NCBI GenBank assembly: GCA_037481775.1
Contig: JBBFKZ010000019.1
Location: forward strand, 1-29,210
Reading direction: 5' to 3'
Length of the DNA stretch: 29,210 bases
Source of the DNA: Candidatus Bathyarchaeia archaeon
Lineage (GTDB): Archaea; Thermoproteota; Bathyarchaeia; Bathyarchaeales; Bathycorpusculaceae
The notes under the pieces are model-generated. The model saw nothing but the letters and a program-made list of their open reading frames with translations, ran no database searches and was not told the DNA's origin. The position numbers and the translations under genes were made by a program. Positions 1-9,738 of this stretch are shown here, one piece after another. The stretch's first letter is position 1. The number at the start of each line of letters is the position of its first letter.

Positions 1-279
1 CAAAGCATCAACATCCCCACGCCCAAGCCTTTCCTCAAACTCCACCTCCCTGCCTCTCAACCTATACACCTTCTGACGCGCATCCCTGACATCAGACTCA
101 ACCAACAACCAACCAGCCTTCCGCAACTCAGAAAGAAACACGGGCACCTGCTCCCAAGCATCCTTATTCCTATCCATCAAAACCCGCGCAGCATCCTCAA
201 AACGGAACGCGCGGCCGCCGAAAGCATCCCACAAAATCTCATAACGCCGAAAAACCCAAACAGGAACATCCCTACTCAA
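1..279 (-). CDS. Partial gene (runs off the left edge): N-terminal winged-helix domain, probably fused to a type I R-M methyltransferase (HsdM)
   Basis: Not in the ORF track. Manual translation from TTG at 279 is open to base 1: MSRDVPVWVFRRYEILWDAFGGRAFRFEDAARVLMDRNKDAWEQVPVFLSELRKAGWLLVESDVRDARQKVYRLRGREVEFEERLGRGDVDAL. LSELRKAGW...DARQKVYRL is a wHTH recognition helix plus wing. The HsdM link rests on recalled similarity to archaeal wHTH-HsdM N-termini. Confidence 0.65.
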   Translation of the reverse strand, partial: MSRDVPVWVFRRYEILWDAFGGRAFRFEDAARVLMDRNKDAWEQVPVFLSELRKAGWLLVESDVRDARQKVYRLRGREVEFEERLGRGDVDAL

Positions 280-316
280 GACAAACAACCCTGAAAAAGG
301 GTAAACGTAAATAGCG

Positions 317-325
317 CATATAAGA
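317..325 (-). promoter_or_regulatory. Putative TATA box for the wHTH gene
   Basis: Minus-strand CTTATATG about 40 nt upstream of the TTG start. Confidence 0.4.
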
Positions 326-411
326 GTTGCGCTTATTAGATAAGCAACAATAAAACAGCTTATCTATTTTCAGCAAGAATACAAACCACAGCCACAAAAT
401 GCCACTACAAA

Positions 412-595
412 AAGAAGAAAAAAACACCGCCACACCGCATTTCTTCTTCCCACCCAAGCCACAACCCGCTCGCTTAACGCAGAAAAAAGTTATTATTATC
501 ACAACACACCCAAAAAATAATAACAATCAACGCGGGCACAAACCAAGCCGCAAGTTTCAAAAGAAGAAGAAAAAGCGTGGTTGTTTTCTTCTTCT
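412..595. repeat. Three regularly spaced inverted repeats
   Basis: aagaagaaa 412-420 / tttcttctt 440-448; gttattatt 489-497 / aataataac 516-524; agaagaagaaaa 562-573 / ttttcttcttct 584-595. Centres are about 75 nt apart. Confidence 0.7.
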
Positions 596-991
596 ACCAG
601 CCAAAAGATGACACCCCAAGGCTAAACAAATCTAAAAACTTCGCAAAACCCCCTAAGTCTCGCGCGCGGCCTTCAGAGTTGCCTCAGTCAAGCAACAAAT
701 GAAAACGCACCTACTTGTCCCATTGAGCTATAGCAAAGGACAGAGATAATACCCAATATTGACGGTGGCAAGTTGGATTTCTTGAATACTTGTACATTCG
801 GGAGTCTATTCCGTTCTTCCCATTGTCACAATGGCACTAATTCTTCGGATCGTCTGTGTTAGATATCGTTACAAAGCGCCAAAAAATTTTGCATTTTTTA
901 AATTATGATTGCCCAGCTCATTTTAGATAAATTTGCCTATAAGGCATTTAAATTGAGTTTTTACCGTTTATATAAAAAAGGATTGGCAGCT

Positions 992-1276
992 TTAAGAAGT
1001 AGGCATATAGTTTAGAGTTATCCATCGTATAATCGAGTAAACGAACAGCACTATTGATATAACAAGGGCGACTATTGCAAGCGGCTGAAACACTGATATT
1101 TGATATATTGTCCAAAGCTGTATACTTTCCTGAAGTTTGTATTGCAGCGTATGGTCAGTTGTTGTTTCCATTTGCCCCCGTATCATTGAAATAGCAAATC
1201 CGGGAACGAAAAACAGCAGTAGCGCTATGCAAAGAACAATGATGGCGGAGACTAGAGCAAGTTTAGGTAGTTTCAC
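992..1276 (-). CDS. Small hypothetical membrane protein (2 TM)
   Basis: 94 aa with two hydrophobic segments; GGAGAGGT RBS-like sequence just upstream of the GTG. Confidence 0.7.
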   Translation of the reverse strand: MKLPKLALVSAIIVLCIALLLFFVPGFAISMIRGQMETTTDHTLQYKLQESIQLWTIYQISVFQPLAIVALVISIVLFVYSIIRWITLNYMPTS

Positions 1277-1720
1277 AACCTACCTCTCCTTTACTTATTG
1301 CCCCTCTTACAGCTTAAGCAGCTGTTATCTCTAAAGGTCAATTCAACCCCCCAGAGGCAGAATACATCAATAACGTAGACCCTATTGTAATAGGAACCGT
1401 TTATTGATTTAAATTTGAAGTAGAATTTAGATTTTTCGCAAGTTTCATTTAATGTGCACTCAACAGAAAAATAACATTAACCATCATACCGAAGTTGAAG
1501 TAAAAAGTTCATAAATAGACCAGCATCAAAATAAGATTACCTGAAGAAACCCATTTTCCTAATTTAGCACTTTAAAAAGCACAGAACAAAAGTCACAGGT
1601 CAATATTCAAATAAATAGTCGATGAAACTTGATTACCAAACCTTAATAGACGCAACGCAATCATAAATAAACTGATAAAATCGTGAATTGCACGCAAAAA
1701 AGAGCGAGGCAGAAAAAAGT

Positions 1721-3085
1721 TTACTGCTTAATTTTAGCTTTTTTCTTTCTCACCATAATTAAGAAAATCACAATAATCGTTATCAATACGATAGCTGTTG
1801 CTGAAATAATGTAGATCAATATATCCAGTATTGGATTTACTTTACTTGAAGCAGAACTCAAACTTATTGTCACTTGATGCGTGCTGTGGGTATAAGTAAA
1901 GTGTAATGCCCAAGAGTCTGCTTGAGGCTCGGATTCAAAAGTTACCTGCCCACCATCAAGATAAACTCTCAAACTTGAAACATCACGCACCAAAGTTTTA
2001 GGAATAATCACATTAACATAACCCACAGTCCCTGAAGGGCCAGTAACACTAAAACGCAGTTCATCATTTTCCGAGTCAAACAAAAGCCCAGAAAGCGTTG
2101 AATTTGAAACAACCGAAAAGACATTCTCTTCCTCATACGGAGTTACAGCAAAATTAACTACTTTGCTAGCCCCTGAATACTCCGAGTTTCCACTCCAGCT
2201 TACATTAAGCATGTAGTTACCAGTAACTGAAGGACGCCACACCACCGAGTACCTACCATCAGCATCAGTGTTCACAAAAGACAGCACATCCCATGACGAC
2301 CCGCCGGACACACTAAGGTAAAGAATAACGCCAGTGTTGGACAAACCTACACCATTAGCAGTCAACCTTCCACTAATTTTTGTGCTAAACCCCGAATAAG
2401 TGGAAGTGCTTTCAACCGCCACGTCTATCTCAGCAGGAGGCAAACTTGGCGGGGTAGGAGTTGGCGATGCGCTTGGGCTAGGCGAAGGAGCAGGGGTTGG
2501 AGACAAACTACTAAAAAAGGCTCGCAGCTGCCTGTCACCAGACATCAAAACGATTATTCTTGAATCTGTTCCCATAAACGCCCCATCCAAGTACCAACCA
2601 CTAAAAGTATAACCCACATTAGCTTGCGCCACTACCTGAACCGAACTACCGTACTGGAAGACCATTTTCCCCGCAGGAGGATCCGTGACACCTCCTTCAG
2701 GCGGATCCACGGTTATCGTCAAAGAGGCGGAAAGTACAGAAAAAGAAGCCATAAGCACGTTGTCTTGAAGCATAGTTACTGTAATTGTATCAAGCTTATG
2801 CTGAAAAACACCGTTTAAATACCAACCACTAAATTGATAACCAGGATTCGGAAAAGCCCTAACTTGAACAGAAAGACCATTATCCACATAAATAGTCCCT
2901 GGGCCAGGAGATGTTGTACCACCAGCTTGATTATTGACCTGAATAGTTAATCGCCATCTGGCTGGATACTGCCCGCAAACTTGAAGCGGTATCATCTGCA
3001 TTACAGTTCCAAAATAAAGCAATGCGACGAAAACAAACACCAGCAAAAGCTTACCAAATTTCAGTTTAATTACCAATACCCCCAA
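1721..3085 (-). CDS. Cell-surface protein: signal peptide, two InlB-B/bacterial-repeat-like domains, Pro/Ser/Thr linker, Ig-like domains, C-terminal TM anchor
   Basis: Repeated GGxTxPxxG...GYxFSGWYLxG units; SPTPAPSPSPSASPTP linker; C-terminal hydrophobic helix followed by RKKKAK. Confidence 0.85.
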   Translation of the reverse strand: MGVLVIKLKFGKLLLVFVFVALLYFGTVMQMIPLQVCGQYPARWRLTIQVNNQAGGTTSPGPGTIYVDNGLSVQVRAFPNPGYQFSGWYLNGVFQHKLDTITVTMLQDNVLMASFSVLSASLTITVDPPEGGVTDPPAGKMVFQYGSSVQVVAQANVGYTFSGWYLDGAFMGTDSRIIVLMSGDRQLRAFFSSLSPTPAPSPSPSASPTPTPPSLPPAEIDVAVESTSTYSGFSTKISGRLTANGVGLSNTGVILYLSVSGGSSWDVLSFVNTDADGRYSVVWRPSVTGNYMLNVSWSGNSEYSGASKVVNFAVTPYEEENVFSVVSNSTLSGLLFDSENDELRFSVTGPSGTVGYVNVIIPKTLVRDVSSLRVYLDGGQVTFESEPQADSWALHFTYTHSTHQVTISLSSASSKVNPILDILIYIISATAIVLITIIVIFLIMVRKKKAKIKQ

Positions 3086-3291
3086 CCCTACATAATTTTT
3101 CTCTTTTAAAAAATATAAAATTTTTGTAACTTTTGAAAATAAGGTCTAACGATTATAATTTACTTGAAGCTTATTAACAGGGCTGAAAGCCGACAGCGCA
3201 GCAGAGGCGCCCCATGTCGCCAAACGCAAACTTTAATCCTATTTTCAGCTTAATTTCATAGTTAATGGTGTGAGATTCATCAGGAGAAAGC

Positions 3292-5568
3292 TTGTTGGTT
3301 GAAAAAACCAGAATAAGCAAACTATTAATTTTCATTTTTGTTTTTTCATTAACATATCGATTACTATTATTAACCATTAACAGATATCCTCCTGGATCAG
3401 ATATAGGGCTTCATGAAAGCGTAGTAAACTCAATTGCATTTGAAAAGACAGATTTTTTCTGGAATTCATATCATATGGGAGGGGAAACAAGCGCAACTAA
3501 CCCGGGCTATCATATTTTTGTGGCGTTTATACGCGCCTTTACAGGTATGCCTGATTATCTTTCACATGTCCTTGTAGTTTCATTTTACTCGTCATTTAAT
3601 GTTTTATGTGCTTTCTTAATTACTAGGCGATTATGGAGTTACTCTGCCTCGCTTATAGCTGCTTTTTTAGCTGTGTTTTCTGGTGGAGATATAGAAATGT
3701 TATGCTGGGGCGGGTACCCAAACTTACTTGCGTTGCTACTTATCGCCATTGTTTTGTACTTTTGCCTGCAATACCCAAGGTTTTCTATTGATAACCACTT
3801 TATGGTGGTTTCTTTGTTGGCGAGCGATATTTACTTGACACATGTCTTCAGTGCGCTTGTTTTCACAGCAATAGTCTTTCTTGCGCTTTTTTTGTTCAGT
3901 ATAGCTCGCAAAGGAACATGCTTAACTAAAGAGCAGGTTGTCTATTGGGTTGCACCCATCATTATTGGAGCCTTAATAGTTTCACCTTATCTTGTTAAGA
4001 TGCTTCCAGTTTATTTTGGTTCGTCAGGAACAATCATTGATGCACCTTTAGAAACACGAGAAGCCTTAATCCAAAATAGACTTGTTCCAGCTGAGTATTT
4101 GATTATAGCGTTTTTATTTGCAACGCTATTTTTTGTTTTTTCAAAGCTCTATAAAGGAAAGTACATTACAATTTCATCAATTCTCTTTGCAGCATGGATA
4201 ATTACTCCTACCATCTTTACGCAAAGTTATTTGATTGGTTTATACGCAGATTACAGGAGATTTGTATATTTTGTCTTCTTTCCAGTAATTATCTGCCTAT
4301 CTTTAATTGTAGACCGCATACCGCAGGTACTCTTTAAACTTGGAGAATTTTTGTTTAATCGGCGACTGGGAAAACCAACGATTTCAAATATTAACGAGCC
4401 AAAACGTGGTAAATCTTCCAGTTTATCAAACAGGTACCTTGCAATATGTGCTTTTTTGTTGTTAGGATCACTGTTTTTCGCGCCTGTTTTAACAGCACCA
4501 ACCATTGGTTTTGAAAAAGCGGCATACTATCAAGTTATGACACCACAAAAATTTGATGCCATACGGTGGATCAAGGCCAACACGCCATGTAATTCGGTCT
4601 TTGTTGCAAGTGCGGAATATGGCTGGTGGATTTCAGGTTTCGCGCAGAGACCAACGTTAAGCGCTGTAGACCCTCAATACCTGATACTTGCGCGTGAACT
4701 AGAACCAGCTGAGGTGGCGAGAAATTTACTTCGCTCCAAGTATTTTATCGATAATGGAGTGTTACGTGTTGAATATAACAATCTGCCTTGCTATGAAAAC
4801 AATTTTGGTTTCTATACCAAACTTGCAGGGTTATCGTCTCTCTATCAATTTTTCCTGCTAAAAGATAACCAGATAAGCCTATTATACCGGCATTACGGTG
4901 TCCCATCACAGTTAGATGTCTCTGATCTCGAAATTACAACTGTTCAGTTGAGGAATGATTCGAGTTGGGCATCGGTTAATATCATCAGAGAAAACCCTGA
5001 TTTGATCTTCTCTGAATCAATTACACTTTATTCTGGCGTTAGATTCCTGAAAGTTAGCTTGGAACTGAGTAGCAAAGTCGGCGAGGTACTTCTAGATTGG
5101 CTTATCATTCCCATTTTGTCTAATGGCATAATGGTACAATATGATGGCGGCGTTGCGTTTGCAGATCAAAGCGCTCACATGCTTAATCAACTTTTGTTTG
5201 TTGAAGAAAAATTAGCAACTCAAATCAAATTACAAGAAAACCCTGATTCTTATGTACTTATCAAGAATCTTGAAGGGCAAAAAAACGCGCGTGTAGAGTT
5301 CTTTTTAGGTTCAAGCGTGTTTACCGTTAGTGAAAACCATGAAAATTACATTTACAGCGTAATATATCACAATTCGCAAACTTATTTTGACAGCGTAATT
5401 AACTCTGAGATTATAGTATTTAATTATCAAAATGTCTTAAATGCGTGGAACATTTCTTATATTGTTGTAACTCCAATTGGAAACTCACAGCACCTAATAA
5501 ATGACAAAAATTTAAACATAGTTTATAAAAACAGCGAAGTCATAATTTTTAAAAATAAATGCCTATGA
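3292..5568 (+). CDS. Polytopic GT-C-fold glycosyltransferase-like membrane protein (PMT/STT3-like)
   Basis: 758 aa with many TM helices. Loop-1 acidic motif GSDIGLH and NPGYH. After the last TM: AIRWIKANTP..SVFVASAEYGWWI, the position of STT3 WWDYG. C-terminal NISYIVV...VYKNSEVIIFK is typical of the fold. Confidence 0.75.
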   Translation: MLVEKTRISKLLIFIFVFSLTYRLLLLTINRYPPGSDIGLHESVVNSIAFEKTDFFWNSYHMGGETSATNPGYHIFVAFIRAFTGMPDYLSHVLVVSFYSSFNVLCAFLITRRLWSYSASLIAAFLAVFSGGDIEMLCWGGYPNLLALLLIAIVLYFCLQYPRFSIDNHFMVVSLLASDIYLTHVFSALVFTAIVFLALFLFSIARKGTCLTKEQVVYWVAPIIIGALIVSPYLVKMLPVYFGSSGTIIDAPLETREALIQNRLVPAEYLIIAFLFATLFFVFSKLYKGKYITISSILFAAWIITPTIFTQSYLIGLYADYRRFVYFVFFPVIICLSLIVDRIPQVLFKLGEFLFNRRLGKPTISNINEPKRGKSSSLSNRYLAICAFLLLGSLFFAPVLTAPTIGFEKAAYYQVMTPQKFDAIRWIKANTPCNSVFVASAEYGWWISGFAQRPTLSAVDPQYLILARELEPAEVARNLLRSKYFIDNGVLRVEYNNLPCYENNFGFYTKLAGLSSLYQFFLLKDNQISLLYRHYGVPSQLDVSDLEITTVQLRNDSSWASVNIIRENPDLIFSESITLYSGVRFLKVSLELSSKVGEVLLDWLIIPILSNGIMVQYDGGVAFADQSAHMLNQLLFVEEKLATQIKLQENPDSYVLIKNLEGQKNARVEFFLGSSVFTVSENHENYIYSVIYHNSQTYFDSVINSEIIVFNYQNVLNAWNISYIVVTPIGNSQHLINDKNLNIVYKNSEVIIFKNKCL

Positions 5569-5759
5569 TTTTGCGCGCTTTTTACTGAGAGACCTAAACC
5601 GCTACTTTTTCTTTTAAACTCCGTGCAAGTTATCTGCAATTAATGGTAAAAACTGCTACTTTAAAACAACAAAACGGCCCCTACCTGCTAATCGATTCTC
5701 TAATCCATCAAACTTCTAGGCTTCCAATAAGCTGCAAACCATTAAGAAAAGCGGAAGAT

Positions 5760-5848
5760 GTTATTATTAATGGCAAAATCAAAAAAATAATAACTACAGC
5801 CAAAACCTGCCCTGCTTCCAGAAAGCACTGGTGGAAGAAGAAAAGCGG
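5760..5848. repeat. Diverged second copy of the 489-577 non-coding module
   Basis: gttattatta...caaaaaaataataac (5760-5794), with gaagaagaaaagcg starting 74 nt after the motif start (5834). The same 74-nt offset occurs at 489 and 563. Confidence 0.6.
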
Positions 5849-5849
5849 C

Positions 5850-6026
5850 GAACAAGACTAAACAGTCAATGTTGCCTGGACACTCAAAGAACCCGGCAAG
5901 CTGCTTGAAGCAGGATTCCAATACGTCTGCGACTACCAAAACGCAAAGCTCTTCAGAAAAACCAAAACAGCCACTAGCCGGGGATTCATCCAATTCCAGG
6001 TTGATGGCGCCGGGGAAGGGACTTGA
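5850..6026 (+). pseudogene. C-terminal remnant of a tyrosine recombinase/integrase
   Basis: Reads EQD*TVNVAWTLKEPGKLLEAGFQYVCDYQNAKLFRKTK. This matches the recalled YxxKVAxTxxEAxxLxEAGFEYVxDxxxxKLFRKxK tail of Bathyarchaeia integrases. In-frame TAA at 5859-5861 and no catalytic domain upstream. Converges on the tRNA 3' end. Confidence 0.7.
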
Positions 6027-6126
6027 ACCCCTGCGGGCCAAAGGCCCACTGGCTGGCTTGTCTTAGGCCCTATTTATGCCTATAAGGATCTCGAGGCCAG
6101 CGCGATAACCACTCCGCCACCCCGGC
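6005..6126 (-). tRNA. tRNA-Ser(CGA) with a 35-nt intron at 37/38 (6055-6089) and encoded CCA
   Basis: Acceptor GCCGGGG/CCCCGGC; anticodon stem CTGGC/GCCAG around CT-CGA-G[intron]A; long variable arm GGGCC-TTT-GGCCC; T loop TTCAAGT; G73 then CCA. Confidence 0.95.
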
Positions 6127-6175
6127 TTAATTAGAGAAACTGCAGTCGCATCTAAAAGAGTTTTCATTTCTCTTT

Positions 6176-7000
6176 TTAGGTTAGCAGCGAAGGGAAGAGC
6201 CATTGCTTCTTGCTTGTCTTTTTCTTTGCATCCCATTCTGAAAGGATTTTTACGGCTTCATTGGCGATTTTTATGGCGTTTTCTTCACCTGCACCAGCCT
6301 TAAACTCGCCTGTGTAGTGGCTGTTGTAAACTGCCAGCACAGCGCCTGCCCGCAGCCCGAAGAGGCTGGCTAACGTGTAGAGAGTTGCGGTTTCCATTTC
6401 CACGTTTAGCACACGTGCTTTCTGCAGCTTAGGCACTAAATCGATCATTTCGCAGGTTTCGCACTGCTGGCTTGCTCTGCCTTGCCCCGCGTAGAAGTCG
6501 GCGGTCGTAGCCGTTATACCCACGTGATAGTTTGCGATGCCAAGGGTTTCAGCGGCCTCGACGAGGGCAAGCAGAACCTCGTAGTTCGCGGCGGCAGGAT
6601 ATTCGGGCATGACGTAGCAGTTGCTTGTGTAGTCCAAGCGCACGGCAGCAGAAACGATTACCACATCGCCGCAGGCTATTCCCGGCTGTATGGCGCCTGT
6701 GCTGCCTACTCGGATGAAAGTATGCACGCCGATGGCGGAGGCTTCGTTAACAGCGATGGACATGCATGCTGGGCCGATGCCGCTGGACAACGCGGATACA
6801 GCGACACCCTTGTACTTGCCTGTGCAGCTGCGGAACTCACGGTTGACGGAAATATCTCTTGCAGTATCCCAGAAACGGGCGATTTTGGGGACGCGATCTG
6901 GATCGCCCGGAACAAGCAGATACTCGGCTAAGTCGCCTCTTGCACATGCAATGTGGTACTGTTTGCCGCTGGAAGATACATCGTGCATCTGATTCACCAT
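6176..7000 (-). CDS. udp: Uridine phosphorylase / nucleoside phosphorylase
   Basis: QYHI, LVPGDPDRV, NREF, GIGPA, FIRVGSTGAIQ, FYAGQGR and NVEME motifs. Confidence 0.9.
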   Translation of the reverse strand: MVNQMHDVSSSGKQYHIACARGDLAEYLLVPGDPDRVPKIARFWDTARDISVNREFRSCTGKYKGVAVSALSSGIGPACMSIAVNEASAIGVHTFIRVGSTGAIQPGIACGDVVIVSAAVRLDYTSNCYVMPEYPAAANYEVLLALVEAAETLGIANYHVGITATTADFYAGQGRASQQCETCEMIDLVPKLQKARVLNVEMETATLYTLASLFGLRAGAVLAVYNSHYTGEFKAGAGEENAIKIANEAVKILSEWDAKKKTSKKQWLFPSLLT

Positions 7001-7119
7001 TTTTAAATGGTGCGCTTAAAGGATTTAAAATAATAGCGAAAAAGAGGAAAACCGCATTTACGCGATAAAAGGTGACTTTTTGGCGGTTGATATAAATAAA
7101 AAGGAAATGGGGGAGAAAT

Positions 7120-8352
7120 TTAGATTTTCTTGGTTTTAACTGCATTCTCCAGTGCTACAACGCCTGGAAGCTTCTTGCCCATGAGGAACTCGATTAAGGC
7201 TCCGCCAGCAGTGCTTATATAGCTTATTTTATTTGTTAAGCCGTATTCTTGTATGGCTGCGATGGTGTTGCCGCCGCCTGCAAGGCTAAAAGCTTTCGAG
7301 CTAGCGATGGCTTCGAAAACCTTCTTGGTGCCGTAGTTAAATTCCTTGTTTTCGTACACGCCCATTGGCCCGCTGACAACTATAGATTTAGCTTTGCTGA
7401 TGAGCTTCGCGTAGTTCTCCACGGTCTTCGCGCCTATGTCAAAAATCGAGTATTCCGTCGGTAGCTTGTCCACGCTGATTTCTTTGCGTTTGCCATTTAC
7501 GTCCAGCGCAACGTCAACTGGCACCATGATTTTTTCAGGATATTTCTGCATGAGCTCCCTGATACCTGGAATCAAACCTGTTAACTCCTTCTTGGCGAGG
7601 AAGTCCATGTTCTTCTTACCCAAGTCCACTCCTTTAGCTGCAAGGAACAATTGCGCCGTAACACCGCCGACTATTACGTAGTCTGCGATTCCGTTGCTTA
7701 GCACGTACTTGCTGATTTCCAATGAGTCGTCTGCCTTGGCGCCGCCCATGGCGTAGACGCAGGGCTTTTCAGGTTTTTCTAATGCGCGGGCCAGCGACTT
7801 CAACTCGCGCTCCATGATTCTTCCTGCGACAGAAGGAAGCACGGCTGTGAAGCCTACCATGGAAACGTGGCCGCGATGTGCCGCAGCGAAGGCATCATTA
7901 ACAAATAGGTCGGCCAGTGGCGCGAGGTTCTGCACTAATTCTGTTTTGGCATGCTGTTCAGGTGTGCCGCTTTTGGTTTCTCCGTCCCAGCTGCGCACGT
8001 TTTCGAGAACGAGAATTTCGCCGCCTTTCAGCGCTTTTATTGCCTTCTTTGCTTTTTCGCCGAACACGTCGTCCACGTATTTTACTGGGCATTTCAGGAT
8101 TTTTCCAAGAATCTCCGCGTGCTCCTTCAGCGGCGTGTAGTCTGGGTCGCCTTTTCTTCCCTGATGTGCAAGAACAACTGTTTTTGCGCCTTTCTCCGCC
8201 AGCTCTTTTAGTGTGGTTTCAGCGTGTGCGCGGATGCGGACGTCGCTTGTGACTTTTTTGGTTTGCGGGTCGATTTCGCTGTTGAAGTCTACTCTGACTA
8301 GGACTATTTTGTCTTTGACTTGAACATCATCTAAAGTTAGGTACTTTGCCAT
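7120..8352 (-). CDS. pgk: Phosphoglycerate kinase (archaeal type)
   Basis: VRVDFN, AHQGR, LENVR, NDAFAAAHR, GGAK, GPMGVYE and ISTAGGA motifs. Confidence 0.97.
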   Translation of the reverse strand: MAKYLTLDDVQVKDKIVLVRVDFNSEIDPQTKKVTSDVRIRAHAETTLKELAEKGAKTVVLAHQGRKGDPDYTPLKEHAEILGKILKCPVKYVDDVFGEKAKKAIKALKGGEILVLENVRSWDGETKSGTPEQHAKTELVQNLAPLADLFVNDAFAAAHRGHVSMVGFTAVLPSVAGRIMERELKSLARALEKPEKPCVYAMGGAKADDSLEISKYVLSNGIADYVIVGGVTAQLFLAAKGVDLGKKNMDFLAKKELTGLIPGIRELMQKYPEKIMVPVDVALDVNGKRKEISVDKLPTEYSIFDIGAKTVENYAKLISKAKSIVVSGPMGVYENKEFNYGTKKVFEAIASSKAFSLAGGGNTIAAIQEYGLTNKISYISTAGGALIEFLMGKKLPGVVALENAVKTKKI

Positions 8353-8429
8353 ACCACATCACTTTCATGTTTTGGACAAAAGAAAAATAGGAAGAGAGCT
8401 TTTAAAGGTTAAGTTGCGTTTTGAGCCTT

Positions 8430-9494
<1,065 letters not shown>

Positions 9495-9738
9495 TTAATT
9501 AATTTTCCGACTGAAAATGCTGAAGTTACATGTTGCATGGTACTGCGCCGCAATCGCGTAATACACTGCTACTATGTTTTCGGGGCAAATGCTGCGAGAT
9601 TGATTCTGTAATAGGCGCATAAGCATTTTATAGGTAGAGTAATGATTCCACAGACTGCTTTTAAGTTAATTTTGGGCTAATTATGCAAAACTTTATTACA
9701 TTGCCCAGCATTTTGCATCTCAAAAAAGGTGGAAACAC

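Larger units (their letters stand above)
1..6004. mobile_element. Right end of a probable genomic island or decayed integrative element inserted at tRNA-Ser
   Basis: Visibly AT-richer than the genes beyond 6176. Carries accessory cargo (defence-like, surface, glycosylation). An integrase C-terminal remnant abuts the tRNA 3' end. The left att site is not in the window. Confidence 0.6.

Noticed and set aside
272-611. ORFs 272-526 and 399-611
   Set aside because: Low-complexity products of strand skew and the palindromes; no recognisable domain.
700-870. Possible gene remnant on the minus strand
   Set aside because: Short open stretches only, with no convincing motif.
5643-6066. ORFs 5643-5861, 5742-6041 and 5869-6066
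   Set aside because: They overlap the repeat module, integrase remnant and tRNA; only the frame after 5850 looks protein-like.
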